Source of the DNA: Thalia democratica
Taxonomy: Eukaryota
Assembly: GCA_965202585.1 (NCBI GenBank)
Contig: OZ241833.1
Coordinates: 32,302,001 to 32,366,000, forward strand
DNA: 64,000 bases
Direction of reading: 5' to 3'
Positions 24,301 to 36,300 of the stretch are shown here, in pieces. The translations under genes and the position numbers were made by a program. How positions within the stretch are numbered: the stretch's first letter is position 1; every line of letters begins with the position of its first letter. A model generated the notes under the pieces. The model saw only the letters and a list, made by a program, of their open reading frames with translations, was not told where the DNA came from and did no database searches.

Positions 24301-27300
24301 ACAGATAAATCTTCTAGGTAAAGTACACCAGGTCCTTAGACCGAAATTTTTGAGCGCTTTTTTTTATCGTTCAATAAACAATAATAAAGTAAAAAGTGTA
24401 TATTTATATTACACAATCCTATTAAAACCCCCAACAGAAACTTTTAGTAACAGTTAGACTTTTTTAAATCAAAATGACCATTATCAACTACTAATATCAC
24501 ATCCATCTACAATATAGGCCGCACGTGTGCGAGGAGGAGTCGGTGAAGCAGATCCGGGTGGTGAAGCCGTGCGTGAAGGCGATCACGAGGAGGGTGAAGC
24601 TGTGGACGCAGAACTGCGGGGACTTCCAGAGGAGCTGGTGCGTCGGCTACGAGAGGAGGTGGGAATGTATTCTTATATGACTTATATGAAAAAAAATTAT
24701 TCATTTATTAAATATACTGTGAGACATCATTAACAGTGTTGGTGATAGAGGAGATGAGGATGTTGTTGAAATTATTTATTTTATTTTTTTTTTATAAACT
24801 TATAACTACTATGATGTGATAATATGAGAAGAGGTTAGGAACAACAGAATGTCATGGGGTATTTTGTTATATATTTTAGTGCGTCGATTATAAGAAGAGG
24901 TGGGAATATATTTTGTGTTAAAAATGTTTAATTAATTGTATAGCTTGTTGCTAGAATACAAAAATATAATTTATTTGTTAAATATGATGTGTAACATTAA
25001 TAACAATCCATTCAAGAATAGATGTTTTTAACTGTTTTTTTAATAATTTTTAGCATAAAATATTAGTTTTTCTCAATTTGGAATACTATAGTGAAAGGAG
25101 TTAAGAAGCTATAAAACTGTAAAGCTCCAAAATATATCCAACAAATAAGTTTAACTCTTTTTCAATAAAAATTTCATATATTTTTTGAAATGTTTGCTTT
25201 TTAGATTCTATACTAACAATTTTGTTAATTTGTTAGTTTAGTCTATAGCTTTGTGTGAAACTATTATTTATCTGCTTGTAAAGAAAATTTGATTTTAATA
25301 GTCTTTTTTATTTTATTCTACTGTTTACACTTAGCATTTTTATGAAAACTCTTCTTCCTTTTAATACTTTCGGAGATTAGTAATTTTGTGCAAATTTATT
25401 AGTTTGTTACAATTTCTTTATAGAACATGATATTGTTAATTTTGTTGAAACTTTATTTATCTCGGGTTTTTTTGAGGTACTTTTGTAAAAATTTTCTTGG
25501 AGGCTTTCATACAATAAAAGCATTTAGTACTTTTCAAAGGAAACATAATAATTGAATCAATCGGTATTCTTCGAAAAAAACATCGATTTGTATAATTTTT
25601 CAGATAGCTTTACAAATGTACACAAATAATCTTTCAGATAAAAAGATTATGCTCGTAATCTTGTCGTTCCAACAATAAGTTTTCTTATCAAGCATGTCTA
25701 CGTGATCTTTCCTATATTTAAAATTAAATCGCAATAATTAATGATGTTGCTTTAAAAAACATACTTAGTAAAATTAAAAGGTTATACTTTCCTTATTAAT
25801 TATCATGAGTAGAACGATTTTGTTTGTCTAGCGGAGCACGTGATTTTCAAAACGGAAATAATAAATTATTTACGATCTAACTCATAATTTTGTATTAATT
25901 TATACCAATCAAAATATTTCCTTACCGAGGTTCTAACGACTATTTAATACAAAGTACATCTGCAAATTCAATTTGACAACTTTGGCAAATGTTAATGGGA
26001 ACTAATCAGCAATTTGCCACAAAATTTGTTGAAACAGCGCAGCTTGGAAAAATTAACTTTAAAAACTACAAAGACTTCTGTTCATGACCGAACATCCGGA
26101 ATTAAAGTAATTATATCATTAGGGAATACCTCGATTGAGATTTTTTAAATTAAATGTTACTTTAAACAAGGATGCTCTTAATAAATTTTTGCGTAAATAT
26201 TCATGTACAAAAGTTCATTGTAAAACTAAAAATTAAAACTTAAAAAAAGAATTTATTGGTCTAACTATTAAAAACAATTTTAACGTGCACATTTTAAAAT
26301 ATCTTTCAATAATAATGTTTTTTTTGTTTTTAAGCAATTATAGAGTAAAGATAGACATATTTTTATTTGTAACAAATTGTACACATGTTTAATACAAGCA
26401 TACCTAACTCTTGTTTATAATTTGTTTTGATACATTCTTTTTGTACGTCAATAACTGGTCTACGATGTAACAATTATGTTTTTCTTAAATAAAACATTTA
26501 TAGTATACAAAAACTTTCGTGTAAAGTATGTTAATTGCTTTAAAAAGCACATTTTTGCTGGAATTTGTTACCAAAATATCTTAAAACAAATTTAGTATGT
26601 TTCTTCAGTCTTTTTTTATGTAAAAATTTGAAATAATGTTTTTTTATTGAAAACCTGCTAATTTTCAATTTAAATCATCCAGAAAATAATGTAGTCAAAC
26701 ATGCATATCTGATTTTATCTTTTTGTTTGATTGACATAGTTTTTACGTGTTAAGTATACAAAAAACATAATTAGTTGAGTCAAATTTATGTTTTAGTTTA
26801 AAGGTATGAATGTTGTATATACACTTGAAACTTTATGAATTACTTATAACGTAAAGTTGTGTATAATATAAAATTTTCATAAGAATAATATCATCATGTT
26901 GAAGGTTTTAAAAGTTTTTATATTTACAATTTTTAGTTGTAAATATTCGTATTCAAGTCTAATCACTTTTATTACAACTATTTTAAAGTGCTTATAATGA
27001 ACACATTTTAAAGATTTGAAAAACTTAAAACACTTTGGTAATGTTAAAAAGCTTATGAATAGTACATTTGCTGTTGAAACGGTCTAATTCTCAACACTTT
27101 TAATATACAAAGCTTGCTATTTATGTGCAAATTTTGTTATTTACTAAGCTTAGCGTTGTTTAAATTAGAAACACCTCATTGGACAACTTCACTTCTTTTT
27201 GTAAGCTTTACACTGCGTATGTATAAAAAGAAATACTGATTTCTTAAAAACTATTTCGTCACTCTTTATGTCTGACGTAACTAGTTTATAAACACAGATT

Positions 27301-30300
27301 TTGTATGTTAAGTACTTTTTTGGTTTTTTAATTACTCATTTAAGCGTATTTTATACTTCTGTTTAAAAAATGTTTAAAAAAAAAACTTTTTTAAATACAG
27401 AAGAATATTATTTTTACAGTAAAACAATTAATAGTAAAAAATGCCTCCAAACACCTTCAAACGGCTCAAAGAAGCTCTGAGCAGGCGTTTGATAATTTCC
27501 CTGCTATTTTTCATTTGATTTCAGACGCTGAAGTCGGTGAGGTGAATTGTAAAATATGCGAAATCGCCTCCGTGATTGATGGCATTTTATAGGGATGGCT
27601 GGTGCTTTGTTTCTTTGACTGTATGGTTTTTATTCTTTTGCTGGAGATAAAATTTCACATTATTCAAAACAAACGTCAGGATAAAAACAGTTTGAACAAC
27701 GGTTTTTTTAAGAATTCCTCAATTTGTTATGTTGACCAGTACAAGTCTAATCCTTCAGAATAGCGTATAGTTTATAGACAATGAATGATAAAATATTTAC
27801 GATAAAATGATTAACTGTTACAAATCATAAGCTTTTCGAATACCGAAATAAATTTTGACCACGACTTTTAATAATACATCCTTTACACGTTAATTTACAT
27901 CACACTTCGTTTACAAAAGCCACTTTACCAAACCATAAAAAAAGACCAATTATTTTATCAACGATGATATATGTATCATTTTATTTTCCAGGACCCACTA
28001 CTACACCGCCTACAAGATTCAGTACGAAACCAAGCGGACCGTGACGGCCAAATGCTGCAAGGGATGGACCCAACTGAATAACGAGGCAGGCTGCACATAC
28101 CGTTAGTTACATATACATATATATATTTGTACATAATTGCACATTAGCGACAACATTAAGTGTGAATGCAATACGCAATTACGCTCAATAACGCGCTTAA
28201 GGGGGCTTGGCGTTGGAATTTTTCGATTATTATATTTGCACCGTGCCCACATTTTGAAAGCGAGCACACAAACGGTTGAAAAAGAACGAGCTTTCAAAGA
28301 ATGCATTATGCGCCCGCTGTAACTTGTGTTTATCTAAGCGTTTTCTCCCCTTTTCTTATATATATATATATATGTATAGTAATTGAGGTTGGCAAAAAGA
28401 CTTAGCTCAACGCTATATTTAGCCATTCGGGGGTTTCGATTTCTATTTTGGCGTCGTGAATAAAAGAGTTAATTATAAAATCAACAGTAGGGCCCGGTTG
28501 CAAGACTTTTTTCTGATTTTATCGCTATGTTATCATTCCCTTTGTGCCAAAACGTCAGGCTACAAATATTTGTTTTTATTCTGTAAGACAAAGCTGGTTA
28601 TTATATCTTAAAATTTTTTTAAAGGTAAAAAGATAGATAAAAGATTAAAAAGTTACTAATATTTTAAATGAACCTAAAAATGAATTTTAAATTATAAGAC
28701 TACACAATAAAATTTAATTTCTAAATCAAAGTCCAAAAATTTTGTTGGGTAAATTTGCAGCTCTTTTGGTGTTTGAAAAACACTTATTTTAACATGAACT
28801 CAAAAATACCTTTGCAGAACTATGGAGCATTTGGTTCAACAATAAAACTTTTAAAAGTTCAATAAGCCCAGCAATAACAATTTTCAAATAATTAATGTTA
28901 TTTCACGACCAGCTGTGCGCGTTGTATACTTTTCGTGTGAAAAGAAACCCGGGCCACTTGAAAAGCGAAAGTTGCTTTTTGTAAAACAAAAGGTATGCGC
29001 AACCGTTCGACCGTGAAGAATTTCAACTCCACAGTGGTGGTTACCCTAAAAAAGTAGAAAAAAAACGGTTTTCGAGCATTCCAATTCCGAGCCTTCTTAT
29101 CGTGCGGTCGCTGCTTCTTTTTTTGTTAACCCAAGTTATTTAAAGCTTTATATTAAGCATTATATCATACAGTTTTCGTAGTATTCAGTTCGTGTATACT
29201 CAATACCATTAATACTTTTTACTATTTAGATAACTTAATAGGTAAGTTATTAGTATGAAGGGTAATAAGATTATTATTTTGGTAAAATTTGTTGCATGAT
29301 CAGAACTATTTATTATTTCAAATACTTTTTATCTATTTTTACTTGTTATTTATTTAACCACTACGAGTAGTTTAAACTAACAAAGTAGCGTTAAAGTAAA
29401 AAGCAAGCACCCGACCTTAACGCCCAGGAAGGAGCCCACTGACGCAGTAAAACACGTCACAAAAACCCAACAGACTGTCTCACACACATGCAGAACGTCA
29501 CCAAAGAAAAAGTTGTTTGATTAGCAACCTACCTATCGCACGCCTATGCGCTGCTATTTGCTTATTACGCCACAGTGGAAAAAAGGTGACGTCATCTTCT
29601 ATTAGGCACATGTACTCATGCGAGAGTTTAGCGTATGATGTAGTCGCTTTTTAAAATTAGCTTCAGCTTTTGTGTGCGCCTGTTTGTGTCGAGAAAAGGC
29701 GAGTGAAAGTAAACATGAACCGGGCTGGGGACCCTAATTGGTCTTTTGAGTTTCAGCTTTTCAGGCCGCTTTCTGACAGATTTTAATCTGAAAGCAAACA
29801 GGTCGCGTCAGGAAATCTATTTTTGTTTGTAGCTACCGCAGAAAAGTGATTGATGGCAACATTCACTTTTCACAAGTCATTTTCCGTGTTTTGCTTGCGC
29901 CGGGGCTTAAAACGTCTTTTGTGTCGCGAAAGGTTATTTTTGTGCTTAGATGACATTTCGCATTTGCGTTGGGCGTAAACAAAAGAAAGTCACTTTTTAA
30001 CAGTCGAAACTTCTCACAACATTCGAAACTTTGTTTGTGCAGTTACCTAATTTTATGACAAGTCAATCTAGTTTTTTCGGGTTAGATATTATTGAGTTTA
30101 TACAACTTTAAAAACTTCTTTTTTTTTTGTAAAGCTTTTACTAAAAACTTAAACTCCTTTTGTTGAAAAAACTTTGAACACTTTTATTGTTTTACTTAAA
30201 AATTAGGAAAGACGAATTTTATCTAAAATTAATTAATTTGTCCGCTTGGTGTTGCTAGATAGCAGTCGTAACACATTTCTGCTTAATAACTATGTTTAAT

Positions 30301-33300
30301 TTACTATAAGTTGTTGTATTACTCAGCTTTATTTAATCAAATCCTTTTTTAAGTTAATTCAGTTCTTGAACTTCTCTCTGTGTTTCAAAGCTAATAAAAA
30401 CTTTTTTAGCAGCAATATTTTTTTATGAGAAAGCAGAAATTTGCATTTCGTTCGCTCACCACTCAACTTCACCAGAAGAACGCACGAAATTCTTTCAAAC
30501 TCAAAACCGTGATTAATGCGTCTTGCATTCAAATTGAACAGCGGCAACCGTCTTTCAACGCGAGTTCGAAAATTTTAATACGGGAGACCCGCGTACACAT
30601 GTTTTGTCATTGTTTTAGAACTCGCCCGCGTCTTTGGTTTCCTATCAAAATTCTTCTGCTGCTTTTTCTGCTTCTTGTTCGACATCAGCCTTTGTTGTCG
30701 GCGAGCTGACGACGAGCTAACAAGACAAATTTGTCAATCGTTTAAAAGTTGGTTTAGTTCTTTTTTGTTGTTTAAAAACTTTTGTGACTTGTAGAAGCTC
30801 AAGTCCAAGAACAGCGTTTGTCATGTTTTGAATGTTGTGTATGTTGTTAAAATTTAAAGCTATCATAATTGTTCTGCTTTGTAGCTGTATTTTCTTTTAA
30901 GTAAGTGCAAATAAATTAAATCATATGACTAACACACCTTTTAATAACTTTAATTAGTTTGTTTTTACGACTTAAAAGTTGGATTTTTCTTTTTTGTAAA
31001 TTGAACACATATTAGTAAATGGTAATAAACTTACTGCATTAAAATTAAGTTGATTCATGTTTTGATTTTGAATTATGTTTATGAGACGACAAAGTTATTT
31101 TTATTCAACTTAATGAAATATTTTCTGTTTCATAAAATGATGTGATTTCAAAAGTAACTTTTTTTAATCTTTATTCTTTTTATTTGACATGTTGGTTTTT
31201 GATTAAGATCAATATCAATATGAGTCAGCAGAGTCGTCATATTATCAAGATTAATTTTCGGTTTCCTTTTTAAAGGTTACAACTTTCTTTGAAAGCTTAA
31301 TAAGCTAATCGAGTGAAATTTAAAGCACACACAACGATTTTTTGACAGTTTTCATCAAGTTTTAAAGAAATTAAAATAATAAAAAAATGTAATTGTTTTC
31401 CATTTAATAAACTTGTAAGCATTATATTTGATTTAAAGTTTAATTTATATTAAATTTTTATTTTTTAAAGTATTTTTTAAAGTTCATTTTTAAGTATTTT
31501 AAAGTGTAATAAATATCACTATTAAATTTAAAAGGTTAAAAAGATAATAGAGTGAAGTTTAGAGTATAGACTGTTTTAATTAACAGTTTTCATTTCATTT
31601 CAAAGTAAAAGTATAAAAGATTGTTTTTGTGTTCTATATATTATTATTTAACAAAAATATACACTTGAGCTTTATTTAACGTTATACTTATGTTGTTTTT
31701 TAATGTTGTTTAAGTTTCACAATTTTTTTTAAATAATAAATATTTCAATTTAATTTGTTAATTTTTATATTTTGTTAAGTAAATCAGATTTGTTTATAAC
31801 TTTTAAGATAATATAATCAAGTTAAAACAAGTGTAAACAAACTTTATTTTGTTTTTTTTAAGCACATTATCTTTAATTGGTCATTAATTTTTTGATTGGC
31901 TTGGCACAAAGCCGTTTTCTATCTAATTAGCCTAATTTGTTGTTTTAAACAAACCAGTTTCCCTTCTTTAACGCTCCGTGCTTCACAAAAGGCAGCAAAA
32001 CTTAATCGGGTTAAAGCGAACTTTAAACGGATTTGGCTGAAGAGAATTAATCAGTTTTACGTAAGCGCTGCATAAAAACAACAAGTTCACGCTGAAACAC
32101 AAAACATAATAAACAAACGCGTTTTAAATGCAGAACATAATACATGTAAACAATAAGCTTTCATCAAGGCAGAGCTGCGTTTGAAACAAACCGAGAAAAG
32201 CAAGGCTCGATCAAAACGAACCTGCGTTTATTGTCAGAGCAAAAAGCAGTATGAAATCTTTAACGCGAAAGTTCATTGCGCGTTTGCAGACTTGTGCTTT
32301 CGGTTGGCAGGTCACAGCCGGAATTAAATTAGGATCGAGTTTCATTTCCCAACGGTGTCATTGCGCACAACTGGTTGTGTTTTCTCAATGAGCTTCTGTG
32401 TTCGGCACTGCAAATTGCCGACGCAATCAAAAAAGCTGTGCTCAGTCACCTGGAACGAATTGAGCTCGAAAGTCGGAAGTCGTTCGCGGTCGGATTGCGA
32501 GTCTGAACGAAAAGGTCGCCAAAGTTTTGCTCGTATCGGAATATAAAAAAACGGCCTCAAAATAAGCAATTCTCACCGCAAACGCTGCTGCTGCTGCTCA
32601 ACTTCAAGCCGTACTTTTTCCTTTCACCTCTTCTTGTATCGCGCAAATACCCATTGTGTTCCGTTTCTTGTGCTTCGAACTTTCTCAGCCGACTGTGCTT
32701 TGTGTTGGGTAGAAAAAAAAGCTGCTGCCTCTCGCGCTGCGAGAAACAGATCATTTGCAGCTTAGCCGGCTTACAGCAGCTTGCCAGCTTTTTGTTGCTT
32801 TTTTTTTGTTTTGAATTTTTTTATTCTTAGAAAGCGGTTGCGCTTTGTTTTGAAACACTTCTTGATTTCAGTGCACAGTGACTTTGTGCAGACTTCTTGT
32901 TCAGGGTGAAGCGGTTGCGATTAAAGTCTGAGCTTTTTTCCCGACACTTTCACCGCCCCTAGCTATAAAAGCAAAAAGAATTTGAGCGTGAGCGTTGCCA
33001 GCTATTCGCTCAGAGCTTTCAGCGAGGCAGCAACTTTAGAAAATCAGAACTTTTTTGTTTCGTTGTTTCGTTATCAGGTGTTGGTTGTGTTTAGAAATAA
33101 ACTACTTGTTAATTAAAGTTTTGCGTTAATTTGCTCAGGTGCTTTATTGTTTTTCAGACATTAATATTTTTTTCTTAATAAACAAATGAAACGAACAATG
33201 CTTCGCACGCCGACGCTTTTCCTTTTTCTGTGGTCGGCCCTGACGCTGCGTTCTGGTTTGGGGCAAGTCCCCCACGACGTGTCCCCGTTCGGCAACATCC

Positions 33301-36300
33301 ACCCGCTGTCGTTCGGCGAGGTGCACTGCGGCCCGGACATGTCGCTGTACCACAACAACCTCGAGGACAGGAAGGAGGTGCAGTACGGGTTCCAGGTGCC
33401 GCCCAGCGGACCCAGCATCAGGCAGAACAGGCAGTTGCCACGGCAACAGCAGAGCAGGAACCCATACAACAGGAGGAGGAGCAGGAGGGCCTCCCCTTGG
33501 GCGACAGGTCGGGTGCTTTTTGTAATAATTTTATCATAAGTTTTTTTTTATTAATAGCTCAATGCGCGTACGGGGTGTGCTTCAACGGGGGCAGGTGCAG
33601 GGATTCCACGACCCACATGTGCCAGTGCGCCCAGGGCTTCACTGGGAAGAGGTGCGAAAACGGTAAGGTTTTATGTATATAATTATGTACAAAAGGTTTG
33701 TTAAAATTTATTTATTTGTTTTATTTTTTATTTAATTTTATGTAAAGAATGCAGCATTTTCTGTAAGAATGTGCAGTGTATAATTAAATATGAGTCTTGA
33801 GAGTTTTAATATTTGTAACAATATAATAAAAATATTAACATTATGTTTATAACTAATATATTTCAGTTTTTCTTTTTCAATAAAGCTTTCTTAAAAATAA
33901 AAGTATTTCGAATTAGATCTTACAAGCAAAAAAAAACATACTTTATTTATAACTTAACGATTTCTTCAATGATGGAAATTTCAAAATTTTATGAAAACAA
34001 AACCAAATTCTGAACTTTCAAAGCTCACATATTCATTGCTTTGACACAAAAATTCCTGCTTCTTCGTATCTGCATTCCCATCAAAATATTTAGATGACGC
34101 GAGTTGAGATATTTCTTCGCAAAGAGGCAATTAGCACGACAGAATTCGACGTCCTTCTTTTGTTCGGCTGACGTTTTTGTTTGGAAGCCCGTGAAACCAC
34201 ACCTTGGAGCCATGTGAAAAAATTATTACCGAGTTTGTACGAGTATTGTTGTGCGCAAATGATAACGCAGCATTTTGTTTTGTAAAAGCACAACATTATA
34301 TGCGCTCATTGCTATAGTCTTTTAAGGTCATTGAAGCTTCTTTTTTATAAGTAAAGAAGTTCAAAATAGGTGTTGTTTGTCCATTTTAAGAAGCATTGCT
34401 GCAGAAGAATTTTATCACGTTTGTTTATCAAAACTCAGATTAATATTTTTTTAAGTAGACTTCAGTAAGGTTTACTTCAAATTAAGTAAAATTTAAACCA
34501 GAGATCAAAGGTTAACTTGAAATTCAAATAAATATTTTAATTGGCTGAGTACGTATGAATTGCCTTTTTAATAACCAATACAATATTTTCAAGGCCAAAT
34601 TTTGCCTTCAAAATAAAACAGTTTATTTTGGAAAAGTTTTAATTTTTACAGCTAAATTGTTCGTAAATTATCACAAGTTTTTTCATGAGTTTTTTTTTAG
34701 TTTTTTTAAACTTCTAAAAACTTGAAACGTACTGTTTTGGTTTACCCATTTTTTGAGCTACTTAACTTTAAAACTAGTTATCTTTTTATATAATATATGT
34801 ATAAAAAGTATATAATAAACGTTAAAACACACTTCTGTAGTTAAGTAATAGTTTTTTTATCAAGTATGGTTTAAGTGTAATGACAACCTAAAAAAGCAAC
34901 AGTTAACAAAAACAATTGAAATTTAAAAAAAAAACTAGCTGTTTTCGTTTTACATACTGTTACAACTAAAAAGATAGTTCAAAATTTCCAAACCTACTTT
35001 CAAACTATAAGTTAACTTTTAAAAGAACAATCAGGTATTAAGGTAAAACAAACAAGAAAATATTCGGAAAATGCGCACAAAAGCTCCACTGCATCTCCTC
35101 ATCTCTCACCCGTCAGTCCAATACACAGCAAAAATTTCAACAAAAACTTCAACGAGTGTTTTCTGCCCTTCATCGCTTAATCTCAACTTATCAGCCATCA
35201 AGTCCGTTTTATCGCTACGAATGAAAAAGCGAAACAAAAAGCGCCGTAAGCCTCAAAACGCACAACTTCAAAACACACTGTGCGCTGTTGTGTTGAGTGG
35301 GGCGGAGTTTAATCTGCAGATGAAACGTGAAACATTTCCACAATTTCGGTTAATTTCCACATCCGCTCCTGTGGATTAACTGCGAATTGGTTGATCTGCG
35401 ATATTGGAAAACGAGCTTTTAACTAGCGAGGAATGTTTAATGTACGAAATTGGTCAGCTTTGTGCTTCCCACCTATGTCATTTTTCTTTAAGTTTACAGG
35501 TAATCGATTTGCTTTGTTCCTCTTATTAGCTTCAAGTTCAGATTATTTAACCTCCGTTTACTGGGCTTTAGATTAACTGCAAGCAGATAGTTCTAATACA
35601 CTTATTGAACTATCATAAACGTTTGATAAACAAACTATAATATTTTAACTCAATTTTAGGCTTGTTATGAAGCTCAAAGTCTGTTTTCTCTTTTGAACTA
35701 TCTGCTTGAAGATTTTTAAGAAATCCAATGTTTAATTATAGTATAAGTTTCCAAGCAAAGAGATTGTAATTTCAGAGTGACCACCCTCTGTGTTGGTAAT
35801 GTGATTATTTCAATGTGGCTCGAGATTATCTCAAATTATTGGCTGAAGAGATTAGACCCCACAAGAAAGTGGTGCTCACTTGCTTGGCTTGTTTATAATT
35901 TCACAACTATTTGATGTCTTTGCCATCAAAGCTGTGTCAAACACTAAAGCTGACCGCACAACTAGTAATCTTCAACTGCCACAAAAAACTCGTTTAAATT
36001 TGCTTTGAACACAGATTTCGGTCTTAATAAAGATTAGCAGAACGTCATTAAATTTTTACCCGATTAAGTTCCCAAACCGCAGCCATGTGAGCCTGAATAC
36101 CTCCATGAAAAATATGTTTAGTAAAAGAAATTGAGTAAATTTTCTTTTGTTATTTGTGGTTTTGATTAATTTGAATTACATCAGCATACAAATTGTAAAT
36201 ATTAAAACAAAACAAATCCACTGACCACATGCCACACAGAAAAATTCTTCCCAGCGTTGTCTCAGACCCGCAATCAAGTTTTGTGACGTCACGAAGCCAC

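Noticed and set aside
25981-26019. TTTGGCAA..TTGCCA hairpin resembling a miR-182 precursor
   Set aside because: Only the seed matches, and the stem-loop is about 40 nt, too short to hold a 22-nt mature arm.
30599-30709. Signal-peptide-like short ORF (..[21 protein letters not shown]) as a third first exon
   Set aside because: It ends in a stop, and the available GT donors are phase 2, incompatible with phase-1 exon 4.
30570-32754. Two-exon antisense gene (32754-32577 spliced to about 30705) encoding a basic protein of about 100 aa
   Set aside because: The required acceptor is preceded by a nearer AG 11 nt upstream, and the peptide is low complexity, explained by CT-rich plus-strand tracts. 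It would need stranded RNA-seq to revive.
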